A DNA stretch of 49,844 bases, from the NCBI GenBank assembly GCA_029068395.1, contig JAIECQ010000152.1, forward strand, positions 1-49,844, in the 5' to 3' direction. The stretch's first letter is position 1; the number at the start of each line of letters is the position of its first letter. Shown here in pieces: positions 1 through 9,089 of the stretch. The notes under the pieces are model-generated. The model did not search any database and was not told the DNA's origin. It saw nothing but the letters and a program-made list of their open reading frames with translations. Origin of the DNA: Rikenellaceae bacterium (GTDB lineage Bacteria; Bacteroidota; Bacteroidia; Bacteroidales; Rikenellaceae). The translations under genes and the position numbers were made by a program.

Positions 1-242
1 ACTCATCCGATTATGGATATATCAAGTTCACCTCCGGCTCTAATTCCGTGGAGTTTCCCGCTGTCGGTTACCGCGACTACTCGGACGGTTCGTTGGGCAA
101 TGCGGGTACGTGGGGCTACTATTGGTCGTCAGTTGTGTATAGTTCTAGCCGCGCGTACAATCTGTACTTCAGTAGCAGTAGTGTGGATCCGCAGGATGGC
201 TGGAGTAAGCGGTACGGGCTTAGCGTGCGTTGTGTCCGCTAA
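1..242 (+). CDS. C-terminal end of a FISUMP (Fibrobacter succinogenes major paralogous, TIGR02145-type) domain protein; the 5' end lies outside the window
   Basis: The reading frame is open from the window edge (codons from nt 3) to TAA at 240-242. The translation ...FPAVGYRDYSDGSLGNAGTWGYYWSS...AYNLYF...RYGLSVRCVR carries the family's typical GxYWSS and SVRCV C-terminal signature. Confidence 0.7.
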   Translation, partial: SSDYGYIKFTSGSNSVEFPAVGYRDYSDGSLGNAGTWGYYWSSVVYSSSRAYNLYFSSSSVDPQDGWSKRYGLSVRCVR

Positions 243-361
243 ATATTAATACTTTGGTTCTTTGATTTCTTTGATTCTTCCCCGAGGGCTTGCGTAAGGG
301 GTAGAGTAGGGCGGGCAGATCAGTTTGGGGCTGCCGATAATGTGCTTTGGGAGTGTATGGT

Positions 362-409
362 AAAAACACTCCGTCCTGCGTCAGAAGCATTCCGGCGCAG
401 GACGGAGTG
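362..409 (-). terminator. Rho-independent terminator of typA
   Basis: Perfect 14-bp stem CACTCCGTCCTGCG (367-380) / CGCAGGACGGAGTG (396-409). On the minus strand it is followed by a T5 run (A362-366). It begins 4 nt after the typA stop. Confidence 0.8.
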
Positions 410-412
410 ATG

Positions 413-2230
413 TTATATCTCGTCGCCTATTTTGTTGGAGGCTCTTTTGCGGTCGACTTCGCTGAGCAGTATCTTCCTAAGTCGCATGCACTTGGGTGTG
501 ACCTCGACATATTCGTCGCCTTGTATGTATTCGAGGGCTTCTTCAAGCGAGAATATCTTGGGCGGAGCTATGTTGGTCTTTTCGTCAGAGCCGCTGGCAC
601 GCATGTTGGTGAGCTTTTTCGACTTGGTGAGGTTGATGACTATATCGTCTGCGCGGGTGCTTTCGCCCACAACCTGGCCGGCATAAATCTCATCGTTGGG
701 GGCGACAAAGAATGTGCCGCGGTCTTGCAGCTTGTTTATGGCGTAGGCAAAGGCGTTGCCCGTCTCCATGGCTATCAGCGAGCCGTTGGTGCGCATCTCG
801 ATGGGGCCTTTGTACGGCTCGAAGCCTTTAAGACGGTGTGCCATGACCGCTTCGCCGGCCGTTGCCGTGAGCAGGTTGCTGCGCAGACCTATTATGCCTC
901 GCGAGGGTATCTCGAATGTCAGGCGGGTACGTTCGCCGGTAGACACCATGTCAAGCATCGAACCCTTGCGTTTGGTCACCATCTCTATGGCCTTGCCTGA
1001 CATCTCGTCGGGCAGGTCTATGGTGAGTTCCTCGATAGGTTCGCATTTTTTGCCGTCTATCTCTTTGATGATGACGCGCGGCTGGCCCACCTGAAGCTCG
1101 TAGCCCTCTCGGCGCATCGTCTCTATGAGCACGCTGAGGTGAAGCACGCCGCGACCGAACACTATGAACGAGTCGGCCGTCTCGCCCGGTTTGACACGCA
1201 GTGCGAGGTTCTTTTCAAGCTCGCGGTCGAGGCGCTCCTTGAGGTGGCGTGAGGTGACGAATTTGCCGTCACGGCCATAGAACGGCGAGTCGTTGATGGT
1301 GAACAACATGCTCATGGTAGGCTCGTCTATGGCTATGGGGGCGAGCGCTTCGGGGTTTTCAAAGTCGGCAACGGTGTCGCCTATCTCGAAGCCTTCGATG
1401 CCGGTTAGGGCGCATATCTCGCCGCAGGGCACCTCTTCCACCTTCTCTTTGCCCATGCCCTCGAAGAGCATAAGCTCTTTGATGCGGGTCTTGGTCATAG
1501 TGACGCCGTCACGTGCCACTAAAGTGACTGGCATGCCTGCGCGGAAGGTGCCGCGGGTGAGCTTGCCTATGGCGGTGCGTCCCACATAGGGCGAATATTC
1601 GAGCGAGGTGATGAGCATCTGCGGGGTGCCCTCAACGGTGGCCGGCGCGGGTATCTCTTCTATGATAAGGTCTAAAAGCGCCGTTATGTCGGTTGCGGGC
1701 TTTTTCCAGTCGAGCGACATCCATCCCTGCTTGGCGCTTCCGTACACTGTCTTGAAGTCGAGCTGCTCTTCGGTGGCGCCAAGGGCGAACATAAGGTCGA
1801 ACACCTCTTCGTGCACCTCGTCGGGACGGCAGTTTTGCTTGTCTACCTTGTTGATGACCACGATAGGCTTCTTGCCTAACGACAACGCCTTCTGAAGCAC
1901 GAACCGCGTTTGCGGCATGGTGCCCTCAAATGCGTCGACCAGCAGTATGACGCCGTCGGCCATGTTGAGCACGCGTTCAACCTCGCCGCCGAAATCGGAG
2001 TGACCCGGGGTGTCTATGATGTTGATTTTGTAGTCTTTGTATTTGACAGAGACATTTTTTGCCAAGATGGTGATACCACGTTCGCGCTCAATGTCGTTGT
2101 TGTCCATTATAAGGTCGCCTGCCTTGTCTTGTTCGCGGAAAAGTTTGCCCTGAAGAATCATTTTGTCGACAAGGGTGGTTTTGCCGTGGTCGACGTGGGC
2201 AATGATTGCAATGTTTCTGAGTTTAAGCAT
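413..2230 (-). CDS. typA: Translational GTPase TypA/BipA
   Basis: [28 protein letters not shown] and NKVD GTPase motifs, with EF-G-like domains; about 605 aa. I chose the ATG at 2230 (cat at 2228-2230) instead of the longer ORF start at 2398, because the 56-aa extension is not TypA-like and lies upstream of the predicted -7 box. Confidence 0.93.
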   Translation of the reverse strand: MLKLRNIAIIAHVDHGKTTLVDKMILQGKLFREQDKAGDLIMDNNDIERERGITILAKNVSVKYKDYKINIIDTPGHSDFGGEVERVLNMADGVILLVDAFEGTMPQTRFVLQKALSLGKKPIVVINKVDKQNCRPDEVHEEVFDLMFALGATEEQLDFKTVYGSAKQGWMSLDWKKPATDITALLDLIIEEIPAPATVEGTPQMLITSLEYSPYVGRTAIGKLTRGTFRAGMPVTLVARDGVTMTKTRIKELMLFEGMGKEKVEEVPCGEICALTGIEGFEIGDTVADFENPEALAPIAIDEPTMSMLFTINDSPFYGRDGKFVTSRHLKERLDRELEKNLALRVKPGETADSFIVFGRGVLHLSVLIETMRREGYELQVGQPRVIIKEIDGKKCEPIEELTIDLPDEMSGKAIEMVTKRKGSMLDMVSTGERTRLTFEIPSRGIIGLRSNLLTATAGEAVMAHRLKGFEPYKGPIEMRTNGSLIAMETGNAFAYAINKLQDRGTFFVAPNDEIYAGQVVGESTRADDIVINLTKSKKLTNMRASGSDEKTNIAPPKIFSLEEALEYIQGDEYVEVTPKCMRLRKILLSEVDRKRASNKIGDEI

Positions 2231-2296
2231 CTTACGGTCTTGTGAAGAATAGAGCACGAGGCTCTTTTTCGCCCCTTGTGGGGTAATTTTATGTGG

Positions 2297-2304
2297 CAAA
2301 GGTA
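2297..2304 (-). promoter_or_regulatory. Bacteroidetes-type -7 promoter box (TACCTTTG) for typA
   Basis: The reverse complement of caaaggta matches TAnnTTTG, about 65 nt upstream of the typA ATG. Confidence 0.45.
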
Positions 2305-2612
2305 ATATTTTGCGGTGAAAACAAAAATATTTCGTCCGACATGTTTGTAGTGTTTTTGCGCTCCACGCACAACATGCTGCTGATTTGACCTGCGCCATGG
2401 TTCAGATTGGCTCCGTATTGGATAATGGTTTCGCAGCATCGCTGGACATACCCGGGTTCAATTATAAGCCGCAGTATTAATAGACATGCTTATGAAAAAC
2501 TGCCCAGAGATTGATTCTCGCTTCTTTTCGTCAAGAGGTGTATGCCATTTTCCGGTATCATTTGAAAAAGAGCATAATCAGGTGAGGCACTCTGACCATC
2601 AGTCGTCAGGTT

Positions 2613-3038
2613 ATGACAACGAAACGTGCGATTGGTCCAATACTCCCGACATTGATTTGCACATGGACGAACAGCTATGGGTTCTCGTGCGGTTTGTATG
2701 GACGGGCCCATCATATCGTCTTGAGGTCTGACCGGTATGCTCTCAACGCTGACGGTGATGACCTTGCATACATTACTGTTCAGATTGCCGATAAGGATGG
2801 GAATGTGATTCCGACAGATAACAGGCGTGTCGGATTTTCAGTGTCAGGCTCCGGAACATTTGAGGCCACGGCCAACGGCGATCCCACATCGCCGATGTCG
2901 TTTCAGAATCCTGAAATGTATTTGTTCAGCGGTGCGGCAACTGCAATCGTGCGCAGTGGTAAAGATAGCGGCTATTTGATTTTTACAGCATCTGCAAAGG
3001 GGGTAAGACCTGCAACGCTGACTATAAAGGTGTGGTGA
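2613..3038 (+). pseudogene. Orphan 3' fragment of a GH2-type beta-galactosidase (C-terminal Ig-like/DUF4982-type domain)
   Basis: The translation ...LRSDRYALNADGDDLAYITVQIADKDGNVIPTDNRRVGFSVSGSGTFEATANGDPTS...GAATAIVRSGKDSGYLIFTASAKGVRPATLTIKV matches the conserved C-terminal module of Bacteroides GH2 enzymes. No catalytic domain exists upstream: 2400-2612 is broken in all frames. Confidence 0.6.
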
Positions 3039-3066
3039 TTTTTATTGCGATACCGTGTGCTGTATG

Positions 3067-3600
3067 CTATTGAAGCCGCATGCTGTTCAGTTTCAAATGA
3101 TGTAAAAGCTTGTTGTCTAACTCTTTGCAACTATCTTCTATTGATTTGCCGGCGGTGTCAATAACTATCCTGTCGCTTTCCCATGGGTGAAATGTCCTGT
3201 TCTCGACATCTTCCCATGAGGGCAGTTTCAGGTTTTCAACCTCTGTAATCCTTGTCTCTATCCTCTGCTTATGTTCTTTACGGTCTGAGCAGGTGATTTC
3301 GATGTTGACAAAATCACTGTGATTGTTTTTTGCTATGGTCTCCCACGCCATGCGGGTGATGTTGATGGGGTTACAGCTGTCAGCCACAACATTGATGCCC
3401 AGCTTCAAGTGTTCTGCCGCAATACGGTAAGCCAATTGGTAGCCTTCCGTAACGACCTCAATATGGCATAGGTCTCTCAGTCCTTGCTCGATGGTGTCGA
3501 TTCGGATGTATGGAATATTGTATTTCTTGGCCAGAAATTGAGAGAGTGTTGATTTGCCGGTGCCAGGCAGGCCTGACATGATAAATAATATCGGATTCAT
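3067..3600 (-). CDS. P-loop kinase of the AAA_33/zeta-toxin-like superfamily (uncharacterised ATP-binding protein)
   Basis: Walker A motif MSGLPGTGKSTL directly after the chosen start (MNPILFIMSGLPGTGKS, ATG at 3600); about 177 aa. The gene is visibly AT-richer than its neighbours. Confidence 0.7.
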   Translation of the reverse strand: MNPILFIMSGLPGTGKSTLSQFLAKKYNIPYIRIDTIEQGLRDLCHIEVVTEGYQLAYRIAAEHLKLGINVVADSCNPINITRMAWETIAKNNHSDFVNIEITCSDRKEHKQRIETRITEVENLKLPSWEDVENRTFHPWESDRIVIDTAGKSIEDSCKELDNKLLHHLKLNSMRLQ

Positions 3601-3822
3601 AAATAAAGCTCTTGTTGTTTTGGTTAATGTTGATACCTTTGTCTGAGACAAGGCTTTTCATTACCCCGTCGGCTGTCGTTATGTTTCGGCAGATGCACAA
3701 GGTCTCTTGTCTTTCGGGTACAAAAGTAGTTAATCTTATGGAGATTGTTTTGTGTCGCTTGTCGATAGTGTTGCACTACTTGTACTTCGGGTGGGTGTCT
3801 TTGTCATGTAGTGGGAAAGTCG

Positions 3823-3830
3823 TATTTTTG
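3823..3830 (+). promoter_or_regulatory. -7 promoter box TATTTTTG for aroB-nth
   Basis: Exact TAnnTTTG match 22 nt upstream of the aroB ATG. Confidence 0.5.
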
Positions 3831-3851
3831 CGTATGTTAACATAGTGAACC

Positions 3852-4886
3852 ATGAGACAGGTGATAGAGATAGAGCGGCCGGGGAGTGAGCCGTCGCGCA
3901 TAATGATAGGCTCTGTGGGCGAGTGTCTGCCTCAGTTGACGGCAGGGCTCGACCCCATAGTGATAACCGACCGGAGGGTGGCGGCATGTTATCCCGAGCT
4001 TGTGGAGCCTTACCGCCACATAGTCATAGGGCAGGGCGAAGAGAGCAAGAACCTCGACACCATGGCTGTCATATATCGTCGGCTGGTTGAAGAGGAGGCC
4101 GACAGAGGCGCTTTTCTGCTGGGCATAGGCGGCGGCATAGTGACCGACATAACTGGTTTTGCCGCCTCGACATACATGCGTGGGGTTAGGTTCGGGTTTG
4201 TCGCCACCACATTGTTGGCACAGGTGGATGCCAGCGTCGGCGGCAAGAACGGCGTCAACTTTGACGGTTATAAGAATATGGTGGGCAACTTCAACCAGCC
4301 CGATTTTGTGGTGTGCGATCCGGCCATGTTGCGCACTCTTCCCGAGCGTGAGGTGCGGTGCGGTATTGCCGAGGCTATAAAGGCGGGACTGATAGGGTCG
4401 GAGGGGTTGTTTGTCCGGTTAGAGGGCGGCTATGAGACTGTCATGGGTGACAGTGAGCTTTTGTTTGCGGTAATACGCGAGGCGATAGAGATAAAGGCGT
4501 CAGTTGTGGCTGACGATTTCACCGAGAGCGGCAGACGCAAGATACTCAACTTCGGGCATACCATAGGACATGCAGTAGAGAAGTGTTGCAGAAGCTATAC
4601 ACATGGCGAGGCGGTGGCCATAGGGTGCTGTCATGCCGCCGAGATAAGCCGGCGTATGGGCTTTATGTCTGAGTGTGACAAAAGTCGTGTGGTGGCGGCC
4701 ATTGAGCGCATGGGGCTTCCGACAGAGTGTGACGTGAGTGCCCGAGAGCTTTTCGAGGCGTTGCTGCACGACAAAAAACGTTGCGGTGACGGTATTGGTT
4801 TCGTGGTGTTAGACGCCATAGGACGGTGTCATGTCGAAAGGCTTGCCTTTGAACGTCTGGCCCGGTTGATGGAGGTTGAGTTATGA
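3852..4886 (+). CDS. aroB: 3-dehydroquinate synthase
   Basis: GGGIVTDITGFAASTYMRGVRFGFVATTLLAQVDASVGGKNGVNF and HGEAVAIG motifs typical of AroB; 344 aa. Confidence 0.9.
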   Translation: MRQVIEIERPGSEPSRIMIGSVGECLPQLTAGLDPIVITDRRVAACYPELVEPYRHIVIGQGEESKNLDTMAVIYRRLVEEEADRGAFLLGIGGGIVTDITGFAASTYMRGVRFGFVATTLLAQVDASVGGKNGVNFDGYKNMVGNFNQPDFVVCDPAMLRTLPEREVRCGIAEAIKAGLIGSEGLFVRLEGGYETVMGDSELLFAVIREAIEIKASVVADDFTESGRRKILNFGHTIGHAVEKCCRSYTHGEAVAIGCCHAAEISRRMGFMSECDKSRVVAAIERMGLPTECDVSARELFEALLHDKKRCGDGIGFVVLDAIGRCHVERLAFERLARLMEVEL

Positions 4887-5518
4887 CTATAAAAGAGAGA
4901 TATAGGGCTGTGACCGAGTGGTTTAAGGCCAATATGCCGGTGGCTGAGACCGAGTTGCGCTATGGTGACGCATTTCAGCTTCTTGTGGCTGTCATACTGT
5001 CGGCCCAGTGTACCGACAAGAGGGTCAACATGGTGACACCGGCGCTTTTCGAGGCCTATCCGGCACCTGCCGATATGGCTGCCGCCTCGGTGGACGACAT
5101 ATTCGGCTATATAAAGTCGGTGTCGTATCCCAACAGCAAGGCGGCGAACCTTAAGAGCATGGCCATGCGTTTAGTAGAGGCGTATGGTTCGCAAGTGCCT
5201 GACAATATGGACGATTTGCTCACGTTGGCGGGGGTGGGGCGCAAGACCGCCAATGTGATGATGTCGGTGGCGTTCGGCAAGCAGGCAATGGCTGTCGACA
5301 CCCATGTGCACCGCGTGTCGGCCCGCATAGGTCTTACGCGTAATGCCAAGACGCCGCTTGAGACAGAGAGGCAGTTGGTGGCGGGGTTTGACGGCGATAT
5401 TTTGGGCACGGCGCACCATTGGCTGATACTTCACGGCAGGTATGTGTGCACAGCCAGAAATCCCAAGTGCGGCGATTGCGGTCTTGCGGGTATGTGTAAG
5501 TCGGCGCCCAAAGGTTAG
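4883..5518 (+). CDS. nth: Endonuclease III
   Basis: HhH-GPD motif LAGVGRKTANV and C-terminal 4Fe-4S cluster loop CTARNPKCGDCGLAGMC. The start overlaps the aroB stop (ATGA at 4883-4886). Confidence 0.92.
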   Translation: MTIKERYRAVTEWFKANMPVAETELRYGDAFQLLVAVILSAQCTDKRVNMVTPALFEAYPAPADMAAASVDDIFGYIKSVSYPNSKAANLKSMAMRLVEAYGSQVPDNMDDLLTLAGVGRKTANVMMSVAFGKQAMAVDTHVHRVSARIGLTRNAKTPLETERQLVAGFDGDILGTAHHWLILHGRYVCTARNPKCGDCGLAGMCKSAPKG

Positions 5519-5538
5519 TGCGGGCCGGTGAGTATGGT

Positions 5539-5561
5539 AAGTCGCTTCGGCGGCTTTTTTT
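5539..5561 (+). terminator. Terminator after nth
   Basis: Stem AAGTCGC/GCGGCTT with a TTCG loop, followed by a T run (5555-5561). Confidence 0.6.
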
Positions 5562-5630
5562 ATTGGTGGAGGTGGGGCAGGGCATGATTGTTGTTATGCA
5601 AGGGGTGTAACCGAATCAATATAATATATT

Positions 5631-5933
5631 ATGGAAAATGAGATTTATAACAACGAAAAGGCGTGTCGTCTTGAGATAGATGTGGATGGCAAGTATGCCT
5701 ATGTAGAATATTTGCTTACGCCCGACTGCATTGCACTCACCCACACGTTTGTGCCCCGCGAGCTGAGAGGACGCAAGTTTGCCGAGAGGTTAGTGGAGGC
5801 CGCCATAGAGATGGGCAAGAAGAAAAAGCTCAAACTCAACCCGGTGTGTCCATATGTTCAGGCATATATATTGCGGCACAAGCCCGATATAGAGGTGGTG
5901 TCGGTAAACACTGCGTCGAGTTGCGTGTTATGA
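5631..5933 (+). CDS. Small GNAT-like N-acetyltransferase (YjdJ type)
   Basis: 100 aa. THTFVPRELRGRKFAERLVEAAIEMGKKKKLKLNPVCPYV matches the single-domain GNAT-like family. Confidence 0.7.
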   Translation: MENEIYNNEKACRLEIDVDGKYAYVEYLLTPDCIALTHTFVPRELRGRKFAERLVEAAIEMGKKKKLKLNPVCPYVQAYILRHKPDIEVVSVNTASSCVL

Positions 5934-5950
5934 TGATAGCACAGTGACGG

Positions 5951-5986
5951 AAAAAAGGTCTGCATAAACAGATATGCAGACCTTTT
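5951..5986. terminator. Bidirectional terminator between the convergent GNAT and thioesterase genes
   Basis: AAAAGGTCTGCATA (5953-5966) / TATGCAGACCTTTT (5973-5986): a GC core flanked by an A run and a T run. Confidence 0.75.
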
Positions 5987-6002
5987 GTGTTGTTGTGTGG
6001 TG

Positions 6003-6710
6003 TTATCTCCACTCTATAGATGCAAGCATTACAGGCGTTTGGTCTATGACAATGAAACTGTCGGTGTCTTGGTGTCGGTCTGTTTTGAGGGTGAGTCTTT
6101 GACCCAATACCGACTCTTTGATGAAGTTGGCGTCCAAGCGTCTTATTGTCTGCGACCTGAAGCGTTCGGTGTCTATTGTGTCGAGCATCCAGCCTATATA
6201 TCTTACCGTGTTGGTATGGCCGTTGAAGTCTATGTCGGAATAGCGTACCGACCGGGTCTCCTGCTCTTGGTAAGAGGCGAGCGGACGCAGCCTGAGCGGA
6301 CGTGCCATGCCTATGTCGCAGGGTTCTGTGGCGCAGTTGTCGAGCCACTCCAACGACATCGGCTTGCGTGTTGTCAGGTCTATCACAGACCATAGCGTCG
6401 TGGCGCGCGCCACTGTCTGTCCGTTGCCGTCACACACACGGTGGTGGCGTGTGGTGAAAATGCGGTCGAGCGATTCGACCCATGTTGTTATGGTGAATCG
6501 CTCGTGTTCCGCAAGTCTGCGTTCTATCTCGACGGCAAAGCGTGACAGCACCCATGTGGCGTTACGTGCACTCAGGTGCACGACACCGAAGCCTCCTGCA
6601 TCGGCATCTTCGCCTGCCGACTGCAAGATACAGTCGCTAAGGGCTGTGAGTGTCTGCCCTCTGGTAAAGTCGACATCTTTAGGCCATACCTTATGTTCGT
6701 ATGCGGCCAT
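6003..6710 (-). CDS. Acyl-[acyl-carrier-protein] thioesterase
   Basis: 235 aa. Double hot-dog thioesterase pattern (VDFTRGQTL..., ATWVLSRFAVEIERR, DIDFNGHTNTVRYIGW). The start lies 3 nt after the glyA stop, so it is probably co-transcribed. Confidence 0.8.
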   Translation of the reverse strand: MAAYEHKVWPKDVDFTRGQTLTALSDCILQSAGEDADAGGFGVVHLSARNATWVLSRFAVEIERRLAEHERFTITTWVESLDRIFTTRHHRVCDGNGQTVARATTLWSVIDLTTRKPMSLEWLDNCATEPCDIGMARPLRLRPLASYQEQETRSVRYSDIDFNGHTNTVRYIGWMLDTIDTERFRSQTIRRLDANFIKESVLGQRLTLKTDRHQDTDSFIVIDQTPVMLASIEWR

Positions 6711-6713
6711 GAC

Positions 6714-8003
6714 TTATCGGCGTGACCAAGCGAACAGCGGGTAATTGGCCATCATCTTGTTGACCTCGTGCTTGACCTCGGCGATGACCTCTTCTGAGTC
6801 GGGGTTTGAGAGCACACGGTCTATAAGCGCCACTATCGCATCCATCTGCTCTTCTTTGAGTCCACGGGTGGTTATGGCTGGCGTTCCTACGCGTATGCCC
6901 GAGGTGAGGAAGGGCGAGCGGCTGTCGTAAGGCACCATGTTTTTGTTGGTGGTTATGTCGGCGTTAACCAGTGCTTTCTCTGCCGCCTTGCCGGTAAGCT
7001 CCGGGAATTTGGTGCGCAGGTCTATGAGCATAAGGTGGTTGTCGGTGCCTCCCGACACTAACTTATAGCCGCGTTTGATAAAGGCGGCAGCCATTGCCTG
7101 GGCGTTTTTCCTGACCTGGGTCTGGTATTCGACATAAGACGGTTCGAGTGCTTCGAGGAAAGCTACCGCTTTGGCCGCTATGACATGTTCGAGCGGGCCG
7201 CCCTGCACCCCGGGGAAGACTGCCGAGTTCAATATCTGCGACATCATCTTGACCTGTCCTTTGGGTGTGGTGTAGCCCCACGGATTCTCGAAGTCCTTGC
7301 CCATGAGAATGATGCCTCCGCGGGGACCGCGCAGTGTCTTGTGGGTGGTCGATGTCACTATGTGGGCATGTTTCACCGGGTTGTCGAGCAGGCCTGCGGC
7401 TATGAGACCTGCCGTGTGTGCCATGTCTATCATGAGCAGGGCGCCCACCTTGTCGGCAATCTGACGCATGCGTGCATAGTTCCATTCGCGGCAGTAGGCC
7501 GATGCACCGCCCACTATGAGCTTGGGCTTGGTCTCGAGAGCCAGCTTCTCCATCTTGTCATAGTCGATGGTGCCTGTGGCTTCGTCGACCTGATAGCCTA
7601 CGGCCTTGTAGTTGATGCCCGAGAAGTTGACGGGAGAGCCGTGCGAGAGGTGGCCTCCGTGGGCAAGGTCGAGACCCATGAAGGTGTCGCCGTGACGCAA
7701 TACAGCCGTGAAGACGGCCATGTTGGCCTGGGCGCCCGAGTGGGGCTGCACATTGGCGTATTCGGCGCCGTAGAGCTTGCAAAGACGGTCTATGGCCAGC
7801 TGCTCGACCTTGTCGACAATCTGGCAGCCGCCGTAATAACGGGCTGACGGATAACCTTCTGCATATTTATTGGTGAGCACCGAGCCCATGGCCTCCATTA
7901 CCTGGTCGCTGACGAAGTTCTCAGAGGCGATAAGCTCTATGCCGTGCATTTGACGCTCTTTCTCTTGCTCTATGAGAGAAAATATTTGGGTGTCTCTTTC
8001 CAT
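6714..8003 (-). CDS. glyA: Serine hydroxymethyltransferase
   Basis: [20 protein letters not shown] and [15 protein letters not shown] (PLP lysine) motifs; 429 aa. Confidence 0.97.
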   Translation of the reverse strand: MERDTQIFSLIEQEKERQMHGIELIASENFVSDQVMEAMGSVLTNKYAEGYPSARYYGGCQIVDKVEQLAIDRLCKLYGAEYANVQPHSGAQANMAVFTAVLRHGDTFMGLDLAHGGHLSHGSPVNFSGINYKAVGYQVDEATGTIDYDKMEKLALETKPKLIVGGASAYCREWNYARMRQIADKVGALLMIDMAHTAGLIAAGLLDNPVKHAHIVTSTTHKTLRGPRGGIILMGKDFENPWGYTTPKGQVKMMSQILNSAVFPGVQGGPLEHVIAAKAVAFLEALEPSYVEYQTQVRKNAQAMAAAFIKRGYKLVSGGTDNHLMLIDLRTKFPELTGKAAEKALVNADITTNKNMVPYDSRSPFLTSGIRVGTPAITTRGLKEEQMDAIVALIDRVLSNPDSEEVIAEVKHEVNKMMANYPLFAWSRR

Positions 8004-8029
8004 GATGTGTGGTTTGATTTTTTATCTAT

Positions 8030-8037
8030 CAAAGATA
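8030..8037 (-). promoter_or_regulatory. -7 promoter box TATCTTTG for glyA
   Basis: The reverse complement of caaagata matches, 27 nt upstream of the glyA ATG. An AT-rich palindrome TTTGATAAATCAAA (8047-8060) sits near the expected -33 position. Confidence 0.45.
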
Positions 8038-8141
8038 AAGAGTTTATTTGATAAATCAAAATATGGTTTCATTTTTATATGAAAACATCCGTTTGTCCTA
8101 AATGTCAGAGTGTGAGACGGTGTGTCGCGTGGCGGTGTCTG

Positions 8142-9005
8142 TCAGTTCATGGCCGTTATGGCCCATACGGTGAAGATGGCATAGAGGCAGCTGGCCACGC
8201 CGTTGGTGGTTCCGAAGGCCAATCCGACGCGCGAGAGGTCGTCGGGTCTGACTATGGTGTGCTGATATGTCACAAGGCATGTGAATATTATTGCTCCTAT
8301 GGCGTAAATGGCTGTTGGTATGTAGCATAACCCTATTGTAATGACTAAGGCCGTTGCGCACATGTGCATGGCTCGGCTGACGGCCAGTGCCTTGCTGGCG
8401 CCGAGGGCGGCGGGTATGGAGTGGAGTCCGGCCCGGCGGTCGAAATGCTCGTCTTGCAGGGCGTATATGATGTCGAAGCCGCCGCACCACATCACAACCA
8501 GCAGCGAGAGCAGCATGGGCGCCACGGCGAAGCTGCCGGTGACCGATATGTAGGCCGCAGTGGGAGCCACACCCAGGCTGAGACCCAGCACAATGTGACA
8601 CAGTGCCGTGAAGCGCTTGGTGTAACTGTAGCCCAGCACCAGCGCCAATGCCACGGGCGACAGGGCCAGCGTGAGGGTGTTTATGGTGGCTGCCGTGGCC
8701 ACGAAGAGCACCGAGCAGACGATAACGGCGGCCAGCACGCTACGGGGAGAGAGCACCCCCGCAGGCAGCTCGCGATTTTCCGTGCGCGGGTTTGCCGCGT
8801 CGATGTGGCGGTCGGCATAACGGTTGAAGGCCATGGCTGCCGTGCGGGCGAAAAACATGCACAGCACCACCTTGGCCAGCAGTATGGCAGAGAAACCGCC
8901 GGGATGCGCCGAGGTGCCCATTGCAAAACCGATAATCGCAAAGGGTAACGCAAATATGGTGTGGGCAATCTTTATGAGCGATGCGAAATTCTTTATCGTG
9001 GACAT
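8142..9005 (-). CDS. UbiA-family aromatic prenyltransferase (4-hydroxybenzoate polyprenyltransferase-like)
   Basis: 287 aa, polytopic. Contains the Asp-rich motif NRYADRHIDAANPRTENRELP and a second DxxxD-like region (ALQDEHFDRRAG). Confidence 0.8.
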   Translation of the reverse strand: MSTIKNFASLIKIAHTIFALPFAIIGFAMGTSAHPGGFSAILLAKVVLCMFFARTAAMAFNRYADRHIDAANPRTENRELPAGVLSPRSVLAAVIVCSVLFVATAATINTLTLALSPVALALVLGYSYTKRFTALCHIVLGLSLGVAPTAAYISVTGSFAVAPMLLSLLVVMWCGGFDIIYALQDEHFDRRAGLHSIPAALGASKALAVSRAMHMCATALVITIGLCYIPTAIYAIGAIIFTCLVTYQHTIVRPDDLSRVGLAFGTTNGVASCLYAIFTVWAITAMN

Positions 9006-9089
9006 GATGGTGGGTTTGTGTGCTTTGGTCTGTTTTTGTCTGCCTGTGGCCGTGTTGTGTCCTGACCGCTCTTTGCGGGCAAAAGCGTC

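Noticed and set aside
2231-2398. N-terminal extensions of ORF-track entries: typA to 2398, tex to 11228, rnr from 11351, radical SAM from 14936, PSP1 from 21600, trmB from 23605, phosphoesterase to 27095, tpx to 32947, purD to 35585, Fur-family to 41056, ATPase to 42978, purF to 45321, lrgA to 48618.
   Set aside because: In each case the conserved family N-terminus begins at an internal ATG. The extension is compositionally odd (Cys/Arg/His-rich) or uses GTG/TTG. In several cases it runs upstream of a TAnnTTTG promoter box.
2440-2470. A tRNA-like T-arm string (CCCGGGTTCAATT), which might be a tRNA gene or the att-site remnant of an integrated element.
   Set aside because: There is no complementary 3' half of the T stem. 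No acceptor, D or anticodon arms can be folded from the preceding 50 nt, and no integrase is nearby. It is most likely chance.
3458-3845. Short ORFs in the kinase-aroB intergenic region (3458-3700 minus, 3612-3845 plus).
   Set aside because: They overlap the kinase gene or the aroB promoter region, lack motifs, and have atypical composition. The region is better explained as 5' UTR and promoter DNA.
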